From NCBI GenBank assembly GCA_963803145.1, contig CAWDLW010000015.1, positions 128,001-192,000 of the forward strand: 64,000 nt of DNA, written 5' to 3'. The position numbers and the translations under genes are program-made. The notes below the pieces were generated by a model. That model worked only from the letters and a program-made list of their open reading frames with translations. It was not told the DNA's origin and searched no databases. The stretch comes from Methanotrichaceae archaeon (GTDB lineage: Archaea > Halobacteriota > Methanosarcinia > Methanotrichales > Methanotrichaceae). Positions 39,844 to 48,476 of the stretch are shown piece after piece. Position 1 is the stretch's first letter; every line of letters begins with the position of its first letter.

Positions 39844-42498
39844 ATGAGCATAAAGGAAAATTTGCAAAGTTCAGGTATATACTGGTACGCAGGCGTCTTG
39901 TTGGCGTTTCTAATCTCATTCTACCTCCGTGCAGTCATTCCCCTGAGATCGGTGTTTGTCGGCAATGAGGTTATATTCAGCAGCGAAAGCGATGCATGGT
40001 ACCATATGATGCTTGCTATAAGCACAGCTCTGAACCACCAGCTTCCTTGGTTCGACCCAATGACCTACTTTCCTCATGGTACCCCGATACCATTCGGCCC
40101 ATTCGATAGCTGGGGAATAGCATTAATCTCTTTGATAGCAGGCTTGGGACATCCTAGCATATATACAATTGATACAATTGGAGCATTTTTTCCTGCAATC
40201 CAAGGGGCCCTCCTAGTCATCCCTGTATATTTCATAGGTCGTGAGATCGGCGGAAAAAGCTGCGGCCTGATATCATCACTAATTATTGCAGTTTTGCCCG
40301 GACAGATCTTTGAGCGAAGCGTCCTAGGATTCACCGATCATCATATATCAGAGTCTCTTCTTAGCGCTTTTGTTATAATGTTCTTCCTTCTCGCAATAAG
40401 TTCAGGGAAAGATATGCGTTTTGAATCCATAAAAAGAGACTGGGCAACGCTTAAGAAGCCTTTGATATATTCAGCTCTAGCAGGAATATCTCTCGGGCTG
40501 TACATAGATGCCTGGGCCTCAGGTTTTCTCTTCGAAGGTATAATTCTGATCTTCATTGCTTTCCAGAGCATAAGTGATCACCTCAAGAATAAGAACGCTG
40601 AGTATCTTGGAATCTCAGGAGCGATAACATTCCTTATAGCAGCACTGATGGTTCTGCCGTTTATACAGCCTTTCTATGGGTTTAGCAATTATTACTACTC
40701 CCTCTTCCAGCCGACTATTCTTCTCCTAGGGATGGCTGCTGCGCTGTTTATATCTTTCTTATCCAAGCTCGTGAAGGATAGAGGCATCAATAGATACTAC
40801 TTCCCAGGGATATTGGCAGCAATCGCAATTCTAGGGCTGATAATATTATCGGTAGCTATACCTTCGTTTACTGGGCCTCTCTTTGCTGGGTTCAATATAT
40901 TCCAGCCAAAGGCCGGAGGAGCATCAACTGTAGCAGAGGCATCTCCGCTGCTTATGGAAGGGGGCCAGTTCTCCCTGGACGGAATACAGGCAAACTTCCC
41001 CGGCATCTCGGTCATACTTTCGCCTTTCTTCCTGAGCTTAGTTGCTCTTGTTTTGCTGTCGATATACTACATTAGGACTCAGAGAAACACATATCTTCTG
41101 GCAATAATCTGGTCCATTATCGTTCTCTTTCTGACTTTGGCTCAGGTAAGGTTTGCATATTACTATGGAGTCAATGTAGCATTGCTTTCAGGATTCCTGG
41201 CATCCTGGGTTCTCCAGAAGGCGGGTTCTAGTAAACTTAAGGATTGGGCTACGCAGTCCAAAGATCCAGTGAAGCTGCTAACCTCAAATCTGAAAGGGGC
41301 AGCTGTAATTGTTCTGATATTGATTTTGATCATATACCCAAGCGTTAGCGTAAGCATTCTGACGGCTCAGTATGCCAGCAGCGGACCAGAAAATGATTGG
41401 ATGAGCTCTGTCGCATGGCTGGGAAACAACACGCCTAGCCCCGGCATGGATATTTACACCATATACCAAAGGCCGCCTGATAGCCAGCAGTACCCATATC
41501 CAACAACAGCTTACGGTGTAATGTCCTGGTGGGATTATGGGCACTATATCGAGACTATAGGTCACAGGATGCCCAACGCAAATCCATTCCAGCAAGGCAT
41601 AGGCAACCTATCTGCAAATATCTCAGGCTCATCACCATTCTTCCTATCGGAAAGTGAGGATCAGGCCGAGAATGTTTTGGCGAACCTGGATAAAAGTAGG
41701 TCGCCTTATCAGAATACCAGATACGTCATGATCGACTGGGAAATGGCCACCAGCAAGTTCTATGCCATGACTGCATGGAGCGCAGTTCCAATCACCAATT
41801 ACTACGGCATATTCTATCAGCCGCAGGGAAATCAGCTTGTGCCTATTGAAGCTTACAGGGATGCATTCTTCAAGACTATGACAGCCCGCCTCTTCTTCTT
41901 CGATGGAAGCGAGACTCCTGTCAGCAATGCCTTTGCCATAGCCTACCAGACCTTCGACCAGAACGGTACCCTGTTGCCTGTGATCGTTGAACAGCCATTG
42001 ATATCGTCGAACTATAGCGAGCTTGTAAACTATGTGAACGAGAGCAAGAATAAGGGATATGAGTCAGAGATATTGAGCGAAAACAATCCCACATCCATAT
42101 CATCATCATTACCACTCGTTGCCCTGAAACATTATCGGCTTGTGCATGAGTCAGAGTCGACGGTCACCTACACCGGACAGAAGTATGTTAAGACTTTCGA
42201 GCATGTACCTGGAGCAGTAATCAAGGGCAAAGCTCCTGCCGGAACGAATGTGACAATATCTGTGCCCATAATTACCAACCAGAACAGAGAATTCACCTAC
42301 AGCCAGTCAAATACCACTGATGCTAGCGGCAATTTCATGCTTGTGGTTCCATACTCGACAGAAGGGCCCAGCGCCTCTGGAACAAAGTTCGATACTGGAC
42401 CTGCCAGAAATTATTATGAACTATCGGCAGGCGGCAAGGTCTATGAGGTCAGTGTTCCTGAGAAGGATGTAATGACTGGAGGCACCATAAATGTGTGA
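39844..42498 (+). CDS. aglB: Oligosaccharyltransferase AglB (STT3 family)
   Basis: DAWYH, WFDPMTYFPHG, GFTDHH, TVAEA, MSWWDYGH, ANPFQQG, DWEMATSK. Confidence 0.95.
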   Translation: MSIKENLQSSGIYWYAGVLLAFLISFYLRAVIPLRSVFVGNEVIFSSESDAWYHMMLAISTALNHQLPWFDPMTYFPHGTPIPFGPFDSWGIALISLIAGLGHPSIYTIDTIGAFFPAIQGALLVIPVYFIGREIGGKSCGLISSLIIAVLPGQIFERSVLGFTDHHISESLLSAFVIMFFLLAISSGKDMRFESIKRDWATLKKPLIYSALAGISLGLYIDAWASGFLFEGIILIFIAFQSISDHLKNKNAEYLGISGAITFLIAALMVLPFIQPFYGFSNYYYSLFQPTILLLGMAAALFISFLSKLVKDRGINRYYFPGILAAIAILGLIILSVAIPSFTGPLFAGFNIFQPKAGGASTVAEASPLLMEGGQFSLDGIQANFPGISVILSPFFLSLVALVLLSIYYIRTQRNTYLLAIIWSIIVLFLTLAQVRFAYYYGVNVALLSGFLASWVLQKAGSSKLKDWATQSKDPVKLLTSNLKGAAVIVLILILIIYPSVSVSILTAQYASSGPENDWMSSVAWLGNNTPSPGMDIYTIYQRPPDSQQYPYPTTAYGVMSWWDYGHYIETIGHRMPNANPFQQGIGNLSANISGSSPFFLSESEDQAENVLANLDKSRSPYQNTRYVMIDWEMATSKFYAMTAWSAVPITNYYGIFYQPQGNQLVPIEAYRDAFFKTMTARLFFFDGSETPVSNAFAIAYQTFDQNGTLLPVIVEQPLISSNYSELVNYVNESKNKGYESEILSENNPTSISSSLPLVALKHYRLVHESESTVTYTGQKYVKTFEHVPGAVIKGKAPAGTNVTISVPIITNQNREFTYSQSNTTDASGNFMLVVPYSTEGPSASGTKFDTGPARNYYELSAGGKVYEVSVPEKDVMTGGTINV

Positions 42499-42565
42499 GG
42501 TATGGTGCCTTCAGAGCTATTTTTTATGAATGGCGTAAGGGCTTTCTTTTATAGTGCTTCTCGTG

Positions 42566-43342
42566 CTATCTGCCATGAGGCATCATAGGCGGCTCTGCAT
42601 TACCCATCCTGTGCTCATGAGGTTCAGCATTTTCAGCATCGAGGAGCATCCTGTAATTCCCGTCATATTTGCCTTCGCTCATATTTAGGACGCCTTGGCT
42701 TACCTGCGCCGTACCCTCTCTTGCCAGGGCTACGGTTATATGGCCAATTATCGTGATGTTGTGATACGATACTGTTGGCGGCTGGGAAACATTCGCATCT
42801 AGAACAGTCGTGTTGCCTGTGGATGGCATCCTTATATCAACAAGCCTGTAGGTATTATTGCCAAGCCTCATAACTCCGCGATTGGTTACATTGCCTTCCT
42901 GCATTCTGATGTCGTCTCTTATTTCATCTAATGTCATATTGGATGCAAGGAGCTTTATGATGCTTGTTGGATCCACCGGCCTTACGCTTTCAACGCTGAT
43001 CCTCAATGATATGGATTCGTTGTCTTTCAAGGCAAACCCCATCCATTGGTGGAAGACTATACCTATCGGCCCGCTATCTGTGTCCCTCAATGCCGTGCCA
43101 ATGAGCGGCTGTTTCGCCCCGTTAAAGGAGATGATCGAAGTCGAATTTCCCTGATCCCTAGGTATGACAATAAACATCGGTACCTCATCATACCCTGCTA
43201 GATCCTGCTGCGCCGATTCCTTTTGCCTTGGTACCCTATCTGCTGGATTAGCAGGCTCGGCAATGCCCGATACGAGCAGACTGACCAGCACCACTGCAAT
43301 CAGCCCAATGAATAGGGATCGTCTATTCATCAATCTCCTCAT
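42566..43342 (-). CDS. Secreted hypothetical protein, paralog C of the GFAL family
   Basis: MGFALKD..LRISVE..GVMRLGNNTYRLVDI..GHITV; His/Met-rich tail. Confidence 0.75.
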   Translation of the reverse strand: MRRLMNRRSLFIGLIAVVLVSLLVSGIAEPANPADRVPRQKESAQQDLAGYDEVPMFIVIPRDQGNSTSIISFNGAKQPLIGTALRDTDSGPIGIVFHQWMGFALKDNESISLRISVESVRPVDPTSIIKLLASNMTLDEIRDDIRMQEGNVTNRGVMRLGNNTYRLVDIRMPSTGNTTVLDANVSQPPTVSYHNITIIGHITVALAREGTAQVSQGVLNMSEGKYDGNYRMLLDAENAEPHEHRMGNAEPPMMPHGR

Positions 43343-43887
43343 GAACTCCAGCCATTATTGATGCCGTCATACGTGGCATTCCTTGAAGATATACTTGCTT
43401 GTTGACCTGACGGCTTAAAAGGGGCTTAGAGGCAGAGGGCGTTGAAATCCTAGGCTGGAAAAATTCAAAAGGTTCTTTGTGCGTTGAATGCAATTCTGAA
43501 TCAATTCAAGAATGCTACATAGCCAAACCCTAGCTCTCTTGAAGGCTTAACATTGTGGAGGGCTTACTGGTAGCCCCCAAGGCTGCATTAACCATGGCAT
43601 GACCTTATTGGTTATGGATTCTAAATCTGCTGCGGTATACGGAGGTGAGACACCCCGCACCATCACTTCATAGAGATGTCTTCCACATGACTGGCATGTA
43701 ATTTCCGATTTCAATTATATTCAGAAGTTCTAAGCTCTACTATATTATGCATGGGAAGGGATTCTGTTGCATCCTGTGGACTTTTTTGAGCCTAGAACAA
43801 TGAGTAGTGGCCCGGTCTGATTTTCAGTGTTTACCTTAATATATTAAATAAACTAAAAAATAGAAAATTTTATAATTGTTTACTGAT

Positions 43888-44274
43888 CTAATTTACTATA
43901 ATAGTCCCGCCTGCTCCATCTACATTTAATGAGGGTATGGTAACTTGAGCCTTATAATTTCCGGTTGGCCAATTTTGGTCAATTGTGAAGTAAATAGTCA
44001 CGGGGGATTGTTTTGCATATCCTGGGATATTAAATGATTGTTGGAAAGTTCTAGTGTACCAACCGGGAACTGAAAGCTGCAAAGTAGCTGTACCAGATGC
44101 TGATTTACCATTATTATTATTGATGTATGCAGTAATCCAAGTTGAAGTCCCTCTGTGGTGTGGGTTGCCCCAATCCACATGATATAAACTTATACCACCC
44201 AAAGCCGATACAACTGAGGTAACCAATAGCAATACAATCATTATTGCTATAAGCCATTTACTTTTTGAATTCAT
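43888..44274 (-). CDS. Small secreted beta-rich hypothetical protein
   Basis: GGAGGG SD, signal peptide, Ig-like pattern WPTGNYKAQVT; AT-rich. Confidence 0.65.
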   Translation of the reverse strand: MNSKSKWLIAIMIVLLLVTSVVSALGGISLYHVDWGNPHHRGTSTWITAYINNNNGKSASGTATLQLSVPGWYTRTFQQSFNIPGYAKQSPVTIYFTIDQNWPTGNYKAQVTIPSLNVDGAGGTIIVN

Positions 44275-44430
44275 GGAATTCCCTCCGAGCAAGAGATTTA
44301 GTTCCTCATATTTATTACTTATTGTTCCTTGTTCTATTAAATTTTGTGGAGGCCTTGTAAAACCAATAAGGCAAAGAGATATATAATGGATGTATGGTAT
44401 AAACTAATATTTCGAATTGGAGGGATATAA

Positions 44431-46044
44431 TTGAAAAAGAATTTTTATTCAATACTGGGCATAGTCGCATTGTTGTTCTACATCACTTTATCATTAATAC
44501 CTTTGAGTGTAGGAGATGAAAATTCAGTTGCATTCTATTGGGGAAAGGATCAAGCAGGAAATGATATCGGTTGGCATGTGAAATCGGGCGGGCCAATGGG
44601 GCCAGGCAACAATCTTTGGGGAATTGATAATGCGTGGCTTGACAAGACCACAAATGAGGTGCACCTTAAATTATCAAAATCAAAAACAGATGGTAACTGG
44701 TATTGTGCTGAGATCTATACCGACCAATATTTGAATTTCGGAAAGTATCAGTTTTGGGTCACCACTCCCCTAGATAATCTTGACCCTAATGTAGTTTTTG
44801 GAATGTTTAATTATCCAGATAATGTGGTAGTAGACGGAACCAATGAGATGCTAGTAGATGGAACCAATGAGATCGACATTGAAGTCGCAAGATGGGGAAA
44901 TCCCCAAAACCCCAATCTGAATTATGGGTTCTATCCAAGTTGGAACCTAAATAAAGGACAAATATTCAAATATCCATGTGAACTTATATTAAATGGAGAT
45001 AAAACTTCAACGCATCGATTCATTTGGCAAAAGGATAGCGTATACTTCCAAAGCCTAAACGGATTCAAGGAATGGGGCGACAATTCGGATCAGATCAACA
45101 GCGCTAAGTCTTCCGATTATGTCGCGAGTTACATTCCTCAAGTACCACTACGGGTACATATAAATCTCTACCTCTATGAAAATCAGACGCCAGCCATTGA
45201 TGACGATATTGTAATCGTACTTAAAGATTTTTCATTCACTAAAGAAGGCAGCCCATCAAACACCCCAGAACAAGTCTGCCAAGCTAGCGGAGGCACATAT
45301 CAGAATGGACAGTGCATCATGCCATCTGTCTCCTCATCTCCATTCAAGGTTACATCAGGAACCTACAGTGAAACAGCAGACTTGGATCAAGCAGTCAAGA
45401 ACGAGTTTGGCAATGATTATCGTGTAGCTGATTGGAACGATATATTGGCATACAGTGGGGATATAGAAAGCTGGGCTAATGGAATAGGAATGAAACATGG
45501 CGATTATTGTTTCGTCACATGGAAGGGGCAAGGGTTCTGGAATGGAGGAAATAGGCATTATTTCATAACAAGATTTGATCATGTAGTTGATAGTGGCTAC
45601 CTAGTCCACGATCAGATAGAAAACAACTTCATAACTTTGGGTTCTTGGTATGGCATTCAAGAGCGCATTCTCGCAATTAAAACTACAGGCAACTCTACAC
45701 CACCATCAAGTAATCCAGGGCAAAACACGCCCAGAACAAATGAATATTGGCCTGGCTCGACACCTACGGCATGCACTCCAGGAAGTGCATATGCTATGTG
45801 TAAATCTTCAAATTCATGCGTTGATTGCTCTGGCCATTGTTACTCAGAAGGTCGCTACACATCCAGCCAAGGATATCCAATGGTTTGCTCTCAGGGAAAG
45901 TGGATTATAGGAGGTAGCAGCTCAACGCCACCAGAACCTAAAGATAGTTGCTCAACAGGTTGGGTGACTGACTTTATTAGTGGGCAACGTTTCTGTTGCC
46001 CAGAAGGAGCTTGGGACGGTCGAACGTGCCATTTAAAATTATAA
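44431..46044 (+). CDS. Secreted GH16-like glycoside hydrolase fused to an unknown domain and Cys-rich modules
   Basis: Signal peptide; GPGNNLW, WYCAEI, FGKYQF, LDPNVVFGMF, NEIDIEVARWG (ExDxE). Confidence 0.8.
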   Translation: MKKNFYSILGIVALLFYITLSLIPLSVGDENSVAFYWGKDQAGNDIGWHVKSGGPMGPGNNLWGIDNAWLDKTTNEVHLKLSKSKTDGNWYCAEIYTDQYLNFGKYQFWVTTPLDNLDPNVVFGMFNYPDNVVVDGTNEMLVDGTNEIDIEVARWGNPQNPNLNYGFYPSWNLNKGQIFKYPCELILNGDKTSTHRFIWQKDSVYFQSLNGFKEWGDNSDQINSAKSSDYVASYIPQVPLRVHINLYLYENQTPAIDDDIVIVLKDFSFTKEGSPSNTPEQVCQASGGTYQNGQCIMPSVSSSPFKVTSGTYSETADLDQAVKNEFGNDYRVADWNDILAYSGDIESWANGIGMKHGDYCFVTWKGQGFWNGGNRHYFITRFDHVVDSGYLVHDQIENNFITLGSWYGIQERILAIKTTGNSTPPSSNPGQNTPRTNEYWPGSTPTACTPGSAYAMCKSSNSCVDCSGHCYSEGRYTSSQGYPMVCSQGKWIIGGSSSTPPEPKDSCSTGWVTDFISGQRFCCPEGAWDGRTCHLKL

Positions 46045-46053
46045 TATATTTGC

Positions 46054-46194
46054 ATGGGCATGATCTTAAATGCATGTCCTTTTACGGATGCATGGTACAA
46101 CAAAGGCATAGCTTTCAAGCCGCTCGGTCATACAACTGAAGCTAATGCAGCCTTCGCCAAGGCCAAGGAGCTGGGATTTATAGGCGAATCCTAG
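46054..46194 (+). pseudogene. Orphan TPR C-terminal fragment
   Basis: DAWYNKGIAFKPLGHTTEANAAFAKAKELG resembles TPR caps in the 53848 and 55968 genes. Confidence 0.65.
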
Positions 46195-46363
46195 CTCTCA
46201 GCAAATTTCTGTTTTAGCAGCTATCAAAAAACCGTTATCATGCGATCGTTGAAATTTTATTCCATAATGTACGGGAACGATGAATTAGGCAGAATGGTAG
46301 TTAGGCCAATACCAGAAGAGCTCTGCAAGCTGTATATTTTGCTGTGGGCAAATGTGCGCATAA

Positions 46364-46624
46364 CTACATATCATAAGCATAGTCATGATGATCAAAATTT
46401 ACAAACCAAATTTCATTGCCTACAATTTTATAAATAATTACCCAATTTCCAACATGGCAGCTGCGATAACCAGCTAGGTTTTGGGTTAAAGTCTCTCCGA
46501 TTTCAGGATTATCAAGGATCTCTCGGATCTTCTTGAGAGTCCTATCCTTTAGAACCACGTTCTTTTTGGTCAATCGCTTAAAGTTCTTTTCATAGAGAGG
46601 CGATGAACGCGGTATATACGCCAT
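46364..46624 (-). CDS. RelE/ParE-family type II toxin
   Basis: 86 aa, basic; IREILDNPEIGETLTQNLAGYRSCHVGNWVIIY..FDHHDYAY. Confidence 0.85.
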   Translation of the reverse strand: MAYIPRSSPLYEKNFKRLTKKNVVLKDRTLKKIREILDNPEIGETLTQNLAGYRSCHVGNWVIIYKIVGNEIWFVNFDHHDYAYDM

Positions 46625-46630
46625 GCTGAT

Positions 46631-46795
46631 CTACAATTTTTCTAGATACTCTATAAACTCATCAGCATCCTTGAACTTTTTTCCAAGACCAGCCCTGATT
46701 TCAGCTTCTCCTTTCAAGGTTCCGGCAACTATCCGCGTATCCTCTTCGAGCGGTACCACCTTCTTTTTGGGCGTTTTAGCGGCTTTTGCCTTCAT
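46631..46795 (-). CDS. Putative antitoxin (54 aa; absent from the ORF track)
   Basis: Hand translation MKAKAAKTPKKKVVPLEEDTRIVAGTLKGEAEIRAGLGKKFKDADEFIEYLEKL; stop 6 nt before the toxin ATG. Confidence 0.7.
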   Translation of the reverse strand: MKAKAAKTPKKKVVPLEEDTRIVAGTLKGEAEIRAGLGKKFKDADEFIEYLEKL

Positions 46796-47071
46796 CCACG
46801 AGTGCTTAGATCTAATACGTTAAGCATTTTTCGGCACTGGAGTGTATGTTCCACTTATCGAGCTAATACGTGCTATGTTGGATAAGTCCCCGAAACCAAT
46901 AAGCTGACATAGTGGTAACGGAAAACGACTCGAAATCGGCATCATGAGGCAAAATTTTGAGGAAGTTATCCAACACAGCAACATAATATCAAAAATCTAT
47001 AGGTCAGACCTGGCAGCTGCGTGTATTTATGAAATAGACTTCAATTATGACAGCGGCGTTCTCGGAAGAAT

Positions 47072-48295
47072 TTATTGCGTCCCTTTCTTTGATGAAAACC
47101 ATTCAGATAGTTCTATAATATTTACCCTGCCCATTTCTTTCTTTGTTACCAGTTTTCTGCGCTCGAGTGAGAGAAGAATGCCAGTTAAAGAGGACTTCGG
47201 AATACGCGTCTCATATCTTATATCAGCCTGTACCATCTTTCCGTTATGATTAATTAAAGCCGTTAAAACCGCTCTTTCCCTGCTGGTTAGGGTTTCCATG
47301 ACAGCTGCCATCTCGCTAGTAATACTTATGGCCTGGTTGGCCGTTTCAGGCACTTTATGATCTATGCTACTTGATTCATCTGCGTTCAAATCGTTCTCTG
47401 ACTCAGAAGGATTTTCATCTAATCCAACTCCCTGGAGATCCATGCAATGCTGATTGCGGTCTGCTGATGGATCGGGATTATTTATTGGATTATCCACTTC
47501 GCTGGATCCATCCTTTTGTCCTGATGATTTATTCTCCTCTGAGATGTTGGGATTATCCACCGCTTTGTCTAATGCTTCACTAATTACGTTATCGAGCTTT
47601 GCGTTCTCTACCTCAGGGCCATTTGATCGGTCATCTTTAGGAGCTAACGTGACTGCTTTTCGTCTCCTCCAGACAATTATAGCCGCAGATGCCAGAGCTA
47701 ACCCAAACAACGCCGATGCAGGCTCCAAATAAGAGTTGCTGGACACAACTGTTGTGTTATTAGAAGCCATCGGTGTGCTGGAGTCCGTTATCGGCAGCTG
47801 GTAGTCTATGATGATTGTAGGGCTCTTAACATCGTAACCATGGAGGTCTACCTGAAATGAATCATTGGTTGCAGAAACTAGGTATTCAAGATCTGGAGTG
47901 GCATTTATCTTGCTGATCTTTACAGATGCTGGAAGATAGAATATCGAATGGTATTCGCTGTAGTTTCCCTGCGAGGGCAGCTTTGCCTCCCAGTCCTCTC
48001 CTGATTTATACGTTAATGAGTCTGTGAGCGCATAAAGCTGCTTGGTGTCTTTATCGTATTTGTACTGGGAATCTTTGAGAAAAGATAGGCCATTGATGCT
48101 GTCCGCATAGCCGGTAACCAGGACCTTGCCTGCATCGTTGACATAGATATTCAGAACTAGGTTACTTGTATAGGTGCTGTTTGTGGTGATATTGTAGCTC
48201 TGAGCCATGTATACGGGCATTATCGCTGAGAGGAGAACTACGGTGACGAAAACACAAAGTAACCCGATCCTAATTGGTCCTGCTATCTTCGACAT
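47072..48295 (-). CDS. Membrane-anchored winged-HTH transcriptional regulator with extracellular domain
   Basis: Signal/TM, extracellular domain, TM followed by RRRK, acidic linker, C-terminal LTSRERAVL..QADIRYETRIPKSSLTGILLSLERRKLV. Confidence 0.8.
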   Translation of the reverse strand: MSKIAGPIRIGLLCVFVTVVLLSAIMPVYMAQSYNITTNSTYTSNLVLNIYVNDAGKVLVTGYADSINGLSFLKDSQYKYDKDTKQLYALTDSLTYKSGEDWEAKLPSQGNYSEYHSIFYLPASVKISKINATPDLEYLVSATNDSFQVDLHGYDVKSPTIIIDYQLPITDSSTPMASNNTTVVSSNSYLEPASALFGLALASAAIIVWRRRKAVTLAPKDDRSNGPEVENAKLDNVISEALDKAVDNPNISEENKSSGQKDGSSEVDNPINNPDPSADRNQHCMDLQGVGLDENPSESENDLNADESSSIDHKVPETANQAISITSEMAAVMETLTSRERAVLTALINHNGKMVQADIRYETRIPKSSLTGILLSLERRKLVTKKEMGRVNIIELSEWFSSKKGTQ

Positions 48296-48476
48296 TCAGC
48301 GAAACCCAACCTTTTTCCCATCGACTGATACAATAATCAACTACTTAAAGTTTGAGCTCAAAATTTGGAGAATCATAATAGAAAAGCTCTTTTATAAATA
48401 TCATCATCTTTTTTCTCAGCAATTGTTTATCTTTCGACATAACTCGCATATTTTAGTCGGCATATACTGGATCCAT

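Noticed and set aside
43547-43714. 55-codon minus-strand ORF with one CxxC (MKSEITCQSCGRHLYEV...)
   Set aside because: Single CxxC, TTG start and no SD; insufficient support
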